Origin: a virus
Lineage: Duplodnaviria > Caudoviricetes
Virus record (IMG/VR): IMGVR_UViG_3300042997_002640
Location: 1 to 45,041 of that record
Reading direction: 5' to 3' (one strand)
DNA: 45,041 nt
A program made the translations under genes and the position numbers. This document shows, in pieces, positions 25,299-35,344 of the stretch (position 1 is its first letter; each line of letters starts with the position of its first letter). The notes beneath the pieces were generated by a model. That model saw nothing but the letters and a program-made list of their open reading frames with translations, was not told the DNA's origin and did no database searches.

Positions 25299-27686
25299 AT
25301 GGCGACAGGCGGTGCTCTGATCGGCGCACTTCGTGTAACCCTCGGGCTTGACTCGGCAAATTTCGAAGCGGGCACAAAGAAGGCTCGCGCGTCGGCCGAG
25401 CGCGACATGAAGGCGATCCAAAAGGCTATCGACGGACTCAAGGGACGGTTCGATGCGGTCGTCGCTGGGTTCGGCGCGAATGAGCTTTATGAGGCGGGCA
25501 AGCGCGCCCTGGATTATGCCTCCAGTCTTGGCGAGGTCGCCCAGCAGATGGGGGTGACCACCAAGGAATTGCAGCAGTACCGTTATGCCGCTTCGCAGGT
25601 CGGCCTCAGCAATGACGAGATGGACAAGGCTCTCGCCCGCCTAACCAAAACGATGGGCGAGGCGAAGGCTGGCTCTAAGGCGCAGGCCAGCGTCTTCCGT
25701 GAGTTGGGCGTCTCGATTGAGGATGCTAACGGCCGGGTGTATTCTGCTGGCGAGGTGATCCCAAAGCTCGCGGACGCGCTGTCCAAGATCAAGGATCCAG
25801 CTACACGCGCCCGTCTTGAAATCGATCTCTTCGGGAAGACCGGGCAGAAGCTGGACACCATGCTCGCAGGTGGAAGCGCGGCTGTGAATGAACTGCGCGA
25901 TGCTGCGCAGCAGCTGGGCCTCGTCCTGTCCGACGAGCAAATCCAAAAGGCGGATGACACGGCCGATAAGCTGGCCGCTCTCAAGCAGATTTTGGAGACG
26001 CGCCTCGCAAGCACCGTCGCGGATAATGCTGATGCGATCTTAACCCTCGCTAATGCTCTCGGAACGCTTGCTTCGAAGTCGTTGGACGCCTTCCAAAATT
26101 TCCAGAATTTCCGCAACCTTCGCGGGCTGACCTATGGCGCCAGCCCGGAGGGGGCGAAGGGCCTTCTGTCTACCGCATCCGGTCGCCAGGTGCTCGCGCG
26201 AGACATTCAGAATCGGCTCGACCGCAACATGCAAGCGCGGGCGTCCGGCCAAGGCGACCCGGACGCGCTTGATGCGGAATTCAAGAACCTCATTCGCGCA
26301 CGCAATGGCGTCATCCGCGCAGGTAGGGCCGCTGACCGGATTGCGGCAGCGCAGAACAGGCCAACTGTCGCAGTTGGCGACGGCGCGCTGCCGACCGTCG
26401 CATCCACGCCGACGAAGCCCAAGAAACGGACCGGTCCCACGCCTGAAGAGGTCGCCGACAAGCACGAGCAGGATATGTCGCGCCTGCGTCAGGAGCAATT
26501 GCAGGCTCAGCTGTCACTTACCAACGATGCCGAGGATCGGGCGGACCTCCAGAGCCAGCTGCTGCTGGAGGAGTATAATGAGCGCAAGGCTCAGGTCGAG
26601 AATGACGAACACTTCACGGTCGATCAGAAGCGGGCGCAGGTCGCCGCGCTTAAGGCGTTGTATGGTGTCAGTGGCGAAGGCGATGACCTCGTCGTCGGAG
26701 GGGCGCGCAACTCGCTCTCGGCTGGCATCTCGCGCGAGATGCAGGAACGTCTCGCCCGTGAGGCGTTCGACATGCAGAGCGCGGAGATCGAAATCCGTCG
26801 AGGCGACCTGCAGGGGCAGCTCAACTTGGCGCGCACCGCCGAGGAGCGCCGCCGCATCGAACTGGAGATCCTTGACCTCGAATATAAGCTGCGGGAAGCC
26901 AAGCTCGATCAGGTCATCAACTCGCAAGAGAGCAGCCAGGCCGAAAAGGATCTGGCCGCCATGCAGAAGGGCAAGCTAGGTCAGCAGCGCGCAATCGACA
27001 CGGCAAACATCAATCAGCAGAACATGGGCCCCATGGCCTCCTATCTCGATAGCCTCCCCCAGACGGCCGCCGAGGTGAACGAGTCGTTCGAGAAGGTTGC
27101 GGCCGACGGGCTCGCCAACATGAACGACCAGTTGGCAAACGCCGCGGCAAACACGCTCAAGCTCAAGGGGCTGGCCGGGCAACTGTTCAACCAGCTGATC
27201 GCGGACTTGATCAAACTTCAGATCCAGCAGGCAGCGGGGGGAAGTGGGGGCATCATCGGGGGTCTGCTGAACGCCGCAACCTCGGTGTTCGGTGGGGGTA
27301 ATTCACTCGCTGGGTCGATTGGCGCCGCTAACGCCAATGTAGCCAGGCTTGCCGACAGCGTCGGGACATGGCGCCTTCCTGGGCTTGCCACCGGTGGGAC
27401 GATCAGCGGCTTCGGCGGCGTAGACAATAACCTGTTATCGATCAACGGCGTCGGAGCGGCGAAGGTCAGTGCAAGCGAGCGGATTCGCGTCGAGAAGGCG
27501 GGCGCGAATGACAATGACGGTCGTCCGATCATGTTCGACCTGCGCGGCGCCGTTTTGACGGCCGACCTCCTTGCCCAGATGAACGCCATGGCCGACGGCG
27601 CGGCCGTGCGCGGGGCCATGGGCGGCAGCGCTCTGGCCCAGGACGGAATTGCCCAACGCGGGCGCCGCCGCATTCCGGGACGGTAA
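25299..27686 (+). CDS. Tape measure protein (795 aa)
   Basis: IGALRVTLGLDSANF, Ala-rich helical, GLATGG near the C-terminus. Confidence 0.92.
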   Translation: MATGGALIGALRVTLGLDSANFEAGTKKARASAERDMKAIQKAIDGLKGRFDAVVAGFGANELYEAGKRALDYASSLGEVAQQMGVTTKELQQYRYAASQVGLSNDEMDKALARLTKTMGEAKAGSKAQASVFRELGVSIEDANGRVYSAGEVIPKLADALSKIKDPATRARLEIDLFGKTGQKLDTMLAGGSAAVNELRDAAQQLGLVLSDEQIQKADDTADKLAALKQILETRLASTVADNADAILTLANALGTLASKSLDAFQNFQNFRNLRGLTYGASPEGAKGLLSTASGRQVLARDIQNRLDRNMQARASGQGDPDALDAEFKNLIRARNGVIRAGRAADRIAAAQNRPTVAVGDGALPTVASTPTKPKKRTGPTPEEVADKHEQDMSRLRQEQLQAQLSLTNDAEDRADLQSQLLLEEYNERKAQVENDEHFTVDQKRAQVAALKALYGVSGEGDDLVVGGARNSLSAGISREMQERLAREAFDMQSAEIEIRRGDLQGQLNLARTAEERRRIELEILDLEYKLREAKLDQVINSQESSQAEKDLAAMQKGKLGQQRAIDTANINQQNMGPMASYLDSLPQTAAEVNESFEKVAADGLANMNDQLANAAANTLKLKGLAGQLFNQLIADLIKLQIQQAAGGSGGIIGGLLNAATSVFGGGNSLAGSIGAANANVARLADSVGTWRLPGLATGGTISGFGGVDNNLLSINGVGAAKVSASERIRVEKAGANDNDGRPIMFDLRGAVLTADLLAQMNAMADGAAVRGAMGGSALAQDGIAQRGRRRIPGR

Positions 27687-28289
27687 ATGACCATCATAAC
27701 CATGCCCGATTGGGTGGTGCCCAGCGCCGCCGAGCCTTACGTGCGCAGCTTCCGCGGGGTGCTGACACCCTTCCTGGGCGGTCCTGACCAGCTCATCAAC
27801 CGGCTCGGCACTCGCTTCGGCCTGCGCGTCACGCTCCCTCCTGCGCCAACGCGCGCCGAAGCGCTGATAATCCAGTCCCGGCTGCTCCAGGCGATGGACG
27901 ATCGGCTGCGCATGGAATGGCCCCAGCCTGACTTCGACGCCGGCGACCCGGGCGCGCCGCTTGTTTCTGCTGCCGTAAACAGCGGGTCCGTCGTCATGCT
28001 GAAGGGCATGACGGCGGGGTACCAGGTCAAGGAAGGGCAGTTCCTCGCCTTCATCCATGGCGGGCGGCGCTATCTCCACATCTTCGCCGCCGATGGCACT
28101 GTCGCTCCTGGCGGCACGATCACCTCGCCCGTCTGGCCGATGCTCCGGACAGCGCTCTCCCTCAATGACGTCGTCGAGATCGTCGAGCCGAAGATCGAAG
28201 GCATCGTCAATCCCGGGGACGAAGTGTCTTGGCAGATCGCCGTGGAGCGGCTCGCCAGTTTCTCCTTCACCCTCGCCGAAGGTGCCTGA
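27687..28289 (+). CDS. Distal tail protein-like
   Basis: Immediately after TMP; RLGTRF, WPMLR. Confidence 0.7.
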   Translation: MTIITMPDWVVPSAAEPYVRSFRGVLTPFLGGPDQLINRLGTRFGLRVTLPPAPTRAEALIIQSRLLQAMDDRLRMEWPQPDFDAGDPGAPLVSAAVNSGSVVMLKGMTAGYQVKEGQFLAFIHGGRRYLHIFAADGTVAPGGTITSPVWPMLRTALSLNDVVEIVEPKIEGIVNPGDEVSWQIAVERLASFSFTLAEGA

Positions 28290-28295
28290 TCCCAC

Positions 28296-28946
28296 ATGGA
28301 CACTGCCCTTAAAACCGCGCTCGCGCAGCCGGCGGTTCTCCTTTTCGGCGCACTCCGCATCGAGTTCCCCGACCATACCCTCCGCCTGGTCGATGGCTCC
28401 GCCAACATCGTCATCGGTGGCGAACTGTATGTCGGCATCGATGAGACCTTCGGCACGCTGGCAGACATCAGCGAGATCAGCGAGGAGATCGACGACAGCG
28501 CGCCCGAGGTGACGATCAGCCTCTTTCCGCCTGATGTCTCCGCCGCCGCAGAGCTTTCACACCCGAACATGCAGGGCAGCGTCGTGCAGATCATGGTCGG
28601 CGCTGTTGATCCCATCTCCGGCGTCGCCATCGGCACGCCCGAAGTGCTCTTCCTGGGGGAGATCGACGTCCCCACCATCATGATCGACGGCAGCGGCGCG
28701 CGGAAAGTTCAATATACCGTCGTCAGCGTGTTCGAGCGGCTGTTCGAGGTGGAAGAGGGTCAGCGCGCCTCCAATGGGTGGCATCAATCCATCTGGCCTG
28801 GTGAGCGCGGCCTCGAATTCATGACCGGCACCGACAAGAACCTCTATTGGGGCGTTAAGCCGCCAAAGAACAGCAACACGGCGCGGACCGGCCTTTCCGG
28901 CATCCTCGCCAAAGTGCAGGCGACCAAAGCGGGTACTGGCCTGTGA
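28296..28946 (+). CDS. Minor tail / hub protein
   Basis: Position; HQSIWPGERGLEF...LYWG. Confidence 0.7.
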   Translation: MDTALKTALAQPAVLLFGALRIEFPDHTLRLVDGSANIVIGGELYVGIDETFGTLADISEISEEIDDSAPEVTISLFPPDVSAAAELSHPNMQGSVVQIMVGAVDPISGVAIGTPEVLFLGEIDVPTIMIDGSGARKVQYTVVSVFERLFEVEEGQRASNGWHQSIWPGERGLEFMTGTDKNLYWGVKPPKNSNTARTGLSGILAKVQATKAGTGL

Positions 28947-29365
28947 CCCCGCTCGAACGACGCTTCGCCGCGATTGAGGCGACCATGGCCCGCTATCGCG
29001 ATCGTCCTTTCGAATGGGGCAAGGTCGACTGCGCAAAGGTCGCTGCATTCCACCTGAAGAAGCTTGGCCACAAGGTGCTGATCAGCAAGGCAGGGGCCTA
29101 TGGCTCTGCTCTCGGCGCGCGCCGCGCTATCAGGCGCATGGGTTATGATAGCCTGCCAGACCTGCTTGATGGGCTGGGCCTGACCCGCATTCCCTATTCC
29201 CGCATGCTGCTGGGTGATCTGGTTGTTGCCGAGGGGCATGGAGGGATCGACGCGATCGGCATCTACGCCAGCAACGGCCATGTGCTCGGCTTCCATGAGG
29301 ATCATCTGGACCAGGGCCTGGTTACGGTCGACCTGACGCCGCTTGCGGCGTGGAGCGTGCTCTAA
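28943..29365 (+). CDS. NlpC/P60-like tail assembly protein
   Basis: PFEWGKVDC...LGDLV. Confidence 0.75.
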   Translation: MTPLERRFAAIEATMARYRDRPFEWGKVDCAKVAAFHLKKLGHKVLISKAGAYGSALGARRAIRRMGYDSLPDLLDGLGLTRIPYSRMLLGDLVVAEGHGGIDAIGIYASNGHVLGFHEDHLDQGLVTVDLTPLAAWSVL

Positions 29366-32300
29366 TGTCCGGTTTCCTTCGAAAAGCCGCGCTGGTGGTC
29401 GGCGCTGTCGCCCTCGTCGCCGCTACGGCCGGCGCCGCGGCCGGCGCACTCGCGCCAGCGATGGCGGGTAGCGCCTCTGTCGCAGGGATCTCTGCCGGGA
29501 CGCTGACGGCCATAGGCACCTATGGCGCGCTCACGGCCGGCGTTCTCAGCATGGCCGCTCAGGCGACTGCCCCGGGCCCAACGGTGCAGGGCAGCGCAAC
29601 CACCTTCACCACCAATCCGCAGAGCGGCCTGCCCTATGTGATGGGCCGAACGCGCATGTCGGGGTTGCGCATCTTCGCCGACACGAACACCCGCGCCGGC
29701 TATACCAAGTTCAACGATCTGCTCTGGTTTGGCGCGCTGCTCAGCATTGGCGGGCAGATCGACAGCATCGAGAAATTCACGGCCGACAATGAAATCGTGA
29801 CCTTCGACGCCGGCGGCAATGCGATTGGCGACTATCACGATTACCAGGCGCAGAAGATCCATATGGGCGGCAGCCCGCAGGCGTCGGCGCTGGCCCTGAC
29901 GCTGATGGGCAGCGGCGCGCCTGGCTGGACGTCGGAGCACAAGCTGTCGGGCATCACGCATGCGATGTGGTGCCTGCGCTTCAACAAGCAGGGCGAGATG
30001 TACGGCGCTGGCGCGCCGGAACCCGCCTGGATAGGCAAGTGGGTCAAGGTCTATGATCCGCGGCTCGACAGCACCTACCCTGGCGGCGCGGGCGCGTGTC
30101 GCCCGCTCATCGAAGCGACCTATGTCTGGTCGCAGAACCCCGGCCTGCACGCACTGACTTGGGCGCTCGGTCGCTGGCAGAACGGAAAGCGGACCTGCGG
30201 CATCGGCGCTCCGGTGGCGAATATCCGCGTTTCCGACTTCGTCGAATGCGCCAACGTTTGCGATGCCAATGGCTGGAAGGTCGGCGGCACCGAATGGACG
30301 ACTGATAGCAAGTGGGACACCTTCAAGCGGATCCTGCAGGCGGGCGGCGCCCGCCCAACGCGCACTGGCGCGATGATCGGGTGCATCGTCAACACGCCGC
30401 GCACCGCCATCGCGACGATCGAGAGCCGCCATCTGCATGATGGCTTGACCCTTCCGTCGACCAAGAGCCGCCGTGATCGCTTCAACAGCGTCATTCCTCG
30501 CTATGTCGATGAGGATAGCGAGTGGGCGATTATCTCGGGCAGCGCGGTAACCGTCGGCGACTATGTGACTGCCGACAGGGGCCAGCGCACCAAGGAGATC
30601 GATTACCCGCTGGTGCAGGTGTTCAGCGGAGAGGAGGCGACGCAGCCAGGCCAACTCGCGGCCTATGACATAGTCAACAGCCGCGAGGCGGGCCCGTTCA
30701 CCTGGACGACCGGACCGGAATGGATCGGGCTGAAGACGGGCGACGTCGTCCTGCTGAACGTGCCCGAAGAGGGGCTGGTCAATCAGCCCGTCCTCATCAC
30801 GCGGCGGGCGCCCGATCCTTCCACCGGGAAGGTTTCCTTCGCGGCCGAGACGGAAACGCCGGGCAAGCATGCCTTTGCGCTGGGCCAGACCACCACGCCG
30901 CCGCCGCCGTTCAGTCTATCGGCGCCCGACCTGAAGCCGCCTGCGCCGGCGGAGACCGCCTGGGCGGTGTCGGGCAACACTTCAGGCGAAGGCTTTCCCG
31001 CGCTGATCGTGACCGGCGAGAGCGAGATGCCCTCGGCCGACGCGGTGGTGATCGACTATAAGCTGTCGAGCGATAGCGAATGGTCCAATTCCGCGATCCT
31101 TTCCGCCGTCGATCCGGTCAGCCACGTAATCTCGCCGCTTCAGTCGGAAACGGCCTATGACGTGAGGATCGCCTATCGCGTCGGCACCATCGACGGCAAC
31201 ATGACGATCTTCGTCAACGTCATGACCGGTCTGGGCAAGGTCACCATCATCGATGGCCGGCTGAATGACATGGATGCCCAGCTCGCCCAGCTGGAAAGTG
31301 ACACGGCTGCCGCGCAGGTCGCGATCGGCAACGCGCAGGCGGAAATCGACGCTGCTCAAGCCGAGATCGATGCCGCGGTCGCGGACATTGCGGCGCAGGG
31401 CAGCGCGATCTCGACGATCGAGGCGAATGTCGCCACTAACACCGGCGACATCGAGTTGCTGGCGGAGCAGATCCAGGCACTAGATCCGGACAGTCTTGCG
31501 GAGTTGTCGAACAAGCTGGGCGTCATGGCATCGGCCAATGAGACCGTCGCTGGTGCCCTTCTCGCCGCAACCATAAAAACGAGCCAGCAGTCGGCCGCCT
31601 TTGCAAGCGAGCGTACCCTTCGCGCCAATTCGGAAGAGGTCATTGCCCGGTCGGTTGAGGCGATCAACGTCCGGATGGGCGCCGCAGAGGCTGGCATCAG
31701 CAGCGAAGCCACAATCCGCGCCACGGCCGATACGGCCCTGTCGAATCGGATCGATACCGTCACCGCGTCGGTGGGAACCAATAGCGCGGCGATCACGTCG
31801 GAAGCTTCGGCGCGGGCGACCGCCGATACGGCCCTGTCGAACCAGATCAATTCGGTGTCCGCAACTGCAGACGCCAATACGGCCGCCATCACATCGGAGG
31901 CCGCAACACGAGCCGCGGCGGATACTGCCTTCACCAACCAGATCAACTCGATGACCATCACGATCAACGGCCATACGGCGTCGATCACTGCGCAGTCAGG
32001 ATTGATCGGGACGGTGCAGGGTGACGTGGCTACGCTGTTCGGACGGTGGGGCGTCGAGATCGATGTCAACGGGTACGGCAGCGGCTTTGCGCTAAACAAC
32101 AACGGGACACGGTCAGACGCGGTCTGGCGGGTTGATAAGTTTGCGGTCGGTGCACCGGGCGCTGGCACACAGTATCCGTTCCAGGTGGTCGGCTCGACCA
32201 CCTACATGAAGAACGCGATGATCCAGGACGCGTCGATCACGAACGCCAAGATCGCGAACTTGGCCGTCGACACGTTGAAGATCGCCAATCAGGCCGTAAC

Positions 32301-32676
32301 CGTCCCGGTAGGCGCATATACCGCCGCTAGCATTGGGTTCGCCCAAGGGGTGTGGACGACTGTTCAGTCCGTCAGCATTGTCGCGTCAGGCGCGCCAATC
32401 TATGTGCAGGCGAGTTGCCATATGCTCCAGGGTCGCAGCGGTGGCTTCGCCAACAATCAGATGCGCATCGTTCGGAACGGAGTGGTTGTCTACGGCCCGA
32501 TCGATCTCCCAACGGGGTATACGCCATCAGGTAGCGCTTACAGCGGACCGGTCAGCTTCTCAGGAATGGATCAACCTGGGGCGGGCTCCTTCACCTATGA
32601 ATTGCAGCTTTATCGAGACGTGGGCACGCTGGACATGTCGCATCGCTCTCTGTCGCTGACGGAGTTCAAGAAGTGA
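29365..32676 (+). CDS. Tail tip / host-specificity protein (J-like, with Fn3-like and coiled-coil regions)
   Basis: PYVMGRT, VYDPR, WSQNP, YDVRI, heptad repeats, DKFAV...IQDASITNAKI. Confidence 0.88.
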   Translation: MSGFLRKAALVVGAVALVAATAGAAAGALAPAMAGSASVAGISAGTLTAIGTYGALTAGVLSMAAQATAPGPTVQGSATTFTTNPQSGLPYVMGRTRMSGLRIFADTNTRAGYTKFNDLLWFGALLSIGGQIDSIEKFTADNEIVTFDAGGNAIGDYHDYQAQKIHMGGSPQASALALTLMGSGAPGWTSEHKLSGITHAMWCLRFNKQGEMYGAGAPEPAWIGKWVKVYDPRLDSTYPGGAGACRPLIEATYVWSQNPGLHALTWALGRWQNGKRTCGIGAPVANIRVSDFVECANVCDANGWKVGGTEWTTDSKWDTFKRILQAGGARPTRTGAMIGCIVNTPRTAIATIESRHLHDGLTLPSTKSRRDRFNSVIPRYVDEDSEWAIISGSAVTVGDYVTADRGQRTKEIDYPLVQVFSGEEATQPGQLAAYDIVNSREAGPFTWTTGPEWIGLKTGDVVLLNVPEEGLVNQPVLITRRAPDPSTGKVSFAAETETPGKHAFALGQTTTPPPPFSLSAPDLKPPAPAETAWAVSGNTSGEGFPALIVTGESEMPSADAVVIDYKLSSDSEWSNSAILSAVDPVSHVISPLQSETAYDVRIAYRVGTIDGNMTIFVNVMTGLGKVTIIDGRLNDMDAQLAQLESDTAAAQVAIGNAQAEIDAAQAEIDAAVADIAAQGSAISTIEANVATNTGDIELLAEQIQALDPDSLAELSNKLGVMASANETVAGALLAATIKTSQQSAAFASERTLRANSEEVIARSVEAINVRMGAAEAGISSEATIRATADTALSNRIDTVTASVGTNSAAITSEASARATADTALSNQINSVSATADANTAAITSEAATRAAADTAFTNQINSMTITINGHTASITAQSGLIGTVQGDVATLFGRWGVEIDVNGYGSGFALNNNGTRSDAVWRVDKFAVGAPGAGTQYPFQVVGSTTYMKNAMIQDASITNAKIANLAVDTLKIANQAVTVPVGAYTAASIGFAQGVWTTVQSVSIVASGAPIYVQASCHMLQGRSGGFANNQMRIVRNGVVVYGPIDLPTGYTPSGSAYSGPVSFSGMDQPGAGSFTYELQLYRDVGTLDMSHRSLSLTEFKK
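31702..31950 (+). repeat. Three 96-bp (32-aa) tandem repeats in the tail-tip coiled coil
   Basis: SEAxxRAxADTA(L/F)xN starting at about 31702, 31798 and 31894. Confidence 0.8.
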
Positions 32677-32867
32677 AGTACATCGTCTTCGACGACGCTA
32701 CCGGCGTGGAGATCAAGCGCGGCATCTGTCAGGACATGCCGGAAGCACTGGAGTTGCAAGCCGCGCCGGGTCAAACGGCCTATGAGTTCAGCATTGACGA
32801 TGAAGCGAAGGGAACTTCGCTAATCCGCCGGCCGGACGGAGTGCTCATCGCGGCGCCTGCGTCGTAG
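32673..32867 (+). CDS. Small tail-associated protein (64 aa)
   Basis: GTGA-coupled to the J-like gene. Confidence 0.7.
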   Translation: MKYIVFDDATGVEIKRGICQDMPEALELQAAPGQTAYEFSIDDEAKGTSLIRRPDGVLIAAPAS

Positions 32868-32934
32868 CTACCCGTGCGACGGTAATCCGTCGCCTTTCCC
32901 ACCTTCATGATCCCTCCCGATAAGGAGACTTCGC

Positions 32935-34701
32935 TTGGCATGGTATTCGGCCGGGACCGTTAGCGTCACCAACAACAGCACCGCCGTCACCGGCGCCGGC
33001 ACCGCATGGGCGGATAATGTGGATGCCGGACAGGCGTTCATCGGACCCGACGGGCTGCCCTATGAGATCGTGTCTGTCGTTTCCGCCACCTCGCTCACGC
33101 TGGCGAGTCCCTATCGCGGCGCGAACGCTTCTGGGCAGGCCTACCGGATCATGCCGGTGCAGGGCTATCTGCGCGATCTCGCCACCCAGGCAGCCTCGCT
33201 CGTTTTGTCTTTTGCCACCGTGCGCGATGGAGTCGGCCAGGGCAAATTCCCCGATGGGACGGTGGGGGTGCCCGGCATCCGCTTCGCCAACGACGAGGAC
33301 ACCGGCCTTTATCGGATCGGGGCCAATATTATCGGGGTTGCTGTCAACGGTGGATCAAGTGCGGCTTTCAGGGCCGAAGGCCTTGCGCTTGGAAGTGATT
33401 TGTCGGCGTTCAGTCTTGGCGGAGTATCGATCCCGAACTACGGAATTGGTTATAATTCTGCTACTATTTATGTTGGTGGTTTCTCAGGATTGGTTTTTCA
33501 TACCGGTCAAGTTGAACGCATGCGTATAAATGGCAGCGGCAACGTAGGTATCGGCACGTCTTCGCCCGGTGCGAGGTTGCACAATTACTATAATTTCGGG
33601 ACTCAATCTCCCGCATCGCTTTGGCGGAATGCTATTTTTCAAAGCGACTATACCCGGAGCGACAATAGCCAGTTTGTCGGCAGGCGCGTTTCAACCGGCG
33701 TTTTGAGTTATTCCTCAGTTGTTCAAGCAGAAGATTCAGCGGGCGCTGTTACTTCACTCGCGGTCAATCCGATCGGCGGCAACGTTGGAATTGGAATTAT
33801 TGACCCGTCCCACAGGCTGCATGTCGGGGGCAACCTTGCCATTGCCGCTGATGGCTCCAACTACATGTATGTGGGACGATTTAACGCCGGTTACGGCGGT
33901 TCTGTCATAAATACGCTAGGCGGTTCGTCATTCATTGTCTTTCAGGTTGAAGGACTGGACCGGCTCAAGGCGTCATCAACTTACGTCAATCCAGGGGCTG
34001 ATAACGTCCAGTCACTCGGCACTAGTGGCGTTCGTTGGTCTGTCGTCTATGCGGCAACTGGCTCCATCAACACCTCCGACGAACGGGCCAAGCAGGACAT
34101 TACGCCCATCCCGGACGAATGGCTTGACGCTTGGGCCGATGTGGACTGGAAGCGCTACAAGTTCATCGACGCCGTTCAGGCAAAAGGCGACGAGGCCCGA
34201 TGGCATGTCGGCCTGATTGCGCAGCATGTCCGCGATGCGTTCGCTTCCCGCGACCTTGATGCCAGGGCTATCGGCCTGCTCTGCTATGACGAATGGGAGG
34301 AAGAGCGCGAGCCGATCTTCGCTACCGTCACGAAGACCCGCATGGTGGAGCGCCAAGAGCCGCGTACGCGCACGGTCCAACAGGAGCGGCAGGGATTCCG
34401 GCCGATCGATCCCAACGATCCGGAGAGCCTGTTCGAACCCTTTACCGAGACGATCGAAGTGGAAGAAACCTACTTCGAAACCGTCGAGGTCGAGGAAGAA
34501 TATGAGGTCGAAGAGGATACCGGCGAAACCCGGGTGACGCTGGAAGCCGGCGACCGCTGGGGCCTCCGCTATGACGAATGCCAGACCATGGAAGCTGCAT
34601 GGCAGCGGCGCGAGCTGGCGCGCAAGGATGCTGCGCTTCAGAGCATGGGTGCCACGATTGCCACCCTTTCCGCCCGCCTCAGCGCACTGGAGGGAGCGTG
34701 A
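32935..34701 (+). CDS. Tail fibre with C-terminal intramolecular chaperone (peptidase S74)
   Basis: WYSAGTVSVT N-terminus, GNVGIG repeats, TSDERAK, RWHVGLIAQ, GLRYDE, terminal coiled coil. Confidence 0.9.
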   Translation: MAWYSAGTVSVTNNSTAVTGAGTAWADNVDAGQAFIGPDGLPYEIVSVVSATSLTLASPYRGANASGQAYRIMPVQGYLRDLATQAASLVLSFATVRDGVGQGKFPDGTVGVPGIRFANDEDTGLYRIGANIIGVAVNGGSSAAFRAEGLALGSDLSAFSLGGVSIPNYGIGYNSATIYVGGFSGLVFHTGQVERMRINGSGNVGIGTSSPGARLHNYYNFGTQSPASLWRNAIFQSDYTRSDNSQFVGRRVSTGVLSYSSVVQAEDSAGAVTSLAVNPIGGNVGIGIIDPSHRLHVGGNLAIAADGSNYMYVGRFNAGYGGSVINTLGGSSFIVFQVEGLDRLKASSTYVNPGADNVQSLGTSGVRWSVVYAATGSINTSDERAKQDITPIPDEWLDAWADVDWKRYKFIDAVQAKGDEARWHVGLIAQHVRDAFASRDLDARAIGLLCYDEWEEEREPIFATVTKTRMVERQEPRTRTVQQERQGFRPIDPNDPESLFEPFTETIEVEETYFETVEVEEEYEVEEDTGETRVTLEAGDRWGLRYDECQTMEAAWQRRELARKDAALQSMGATIATLSARLSALEGA

Positions 34702-34704
34702 CCT

Positions 34705-35160
34705 ATGCAGAGCGCAACACTCACACAACAGGGAACATCGGCGATGACGCCAGGGGTTGAGGCGTTGATCGCCAAATATGGATGGATCTGGGTTGGCCTG
34801 ACCTTTGGGCTGGCCGCGAAATATGCGCTGCTGATCAAGCGCGGGGTGAAGATCAAGGCATGGCTGGTCATCGCAGACATTCTGCTGCTGCCGATGGTCG
34901 CCCTGATAGCGTTCTGGATCGTCAAGCAGGCGGGCGTGGACGGGGAAGGGGCGGCGCTCCTCACTGCGGCTGCAACCGTCGGGGCCGACCGCGTCGTCAA
35001 GCTCTACACCGACAGGTTCCTGCGCCAGGTCGACGCCGCCCTGATGGAGACCGTCGCTCAGCACAAGGCGGCGATCCGGGAAGAGGTGCAGACAGAACTT
35101 AGCGGCGCGCGCGTGGTGAACGACATCGCGAAGGGGAAGCGCCCGATCGCAGACGAGTGA
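34705..35160 (+). CDS. Holin-like membrane protein
   Basis: 2-3 hydrophobic helices; upstream of the endolysin. Confidence 0.65.
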   Translation: MQSATLTQQGTSAMTPGVEALIAKYGWIWVGLTFGLAAKYALLIKRGVKIKAWLVIADILLLPMVALIAFWIVKQAGVDGEGAALLTAAATVGADRVVKLYTDRFLRQVDAALMETVAQHKAAIREEVQTELSGARVVNDIAKGKRPIADE

Positions 35161-35293
35161 AGAAGGATGGTCCCCGCTCCGGGTAGGGGCAGAAGGGGGG
35201 GGCGACCGTGCCGGAGCGGAGTTGACCCTAAATAGGGCAATCATGCGCGCGCGTCCATCCGGGAAAACACCAACTGCACGACGGTAATCAGGT

Positions 35294-35330
35294 GGGCGTC
35301 AGGACCTTAGGAGGTTCAGGCGCCCTTTTT
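35294..35330 (+). terminator. Terminator-like hairpin immediately before the endolysin
   Basis: GGGCGTC...GGCGCCC followed by TTTTT. Confidence 0.5.
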
Positions 35331-35344
35331 CATGGGAGAATGAC

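Noticed and set aside
18309-30870. Long antisense ORFs (e.g. 18309..19439, 19678..20817, 29362..30870; also 34012..35244 and 42986..44311)
   Set aside because: Shadow frames of high-GC genes, with no motifs or RBS.
29365-34701. Diversity-generating retroelement or invertible tail-fibre cassette
   Set aside because: No reverse transcriptase, TR/VR pair, invertase or inverted crossover sites were seen.
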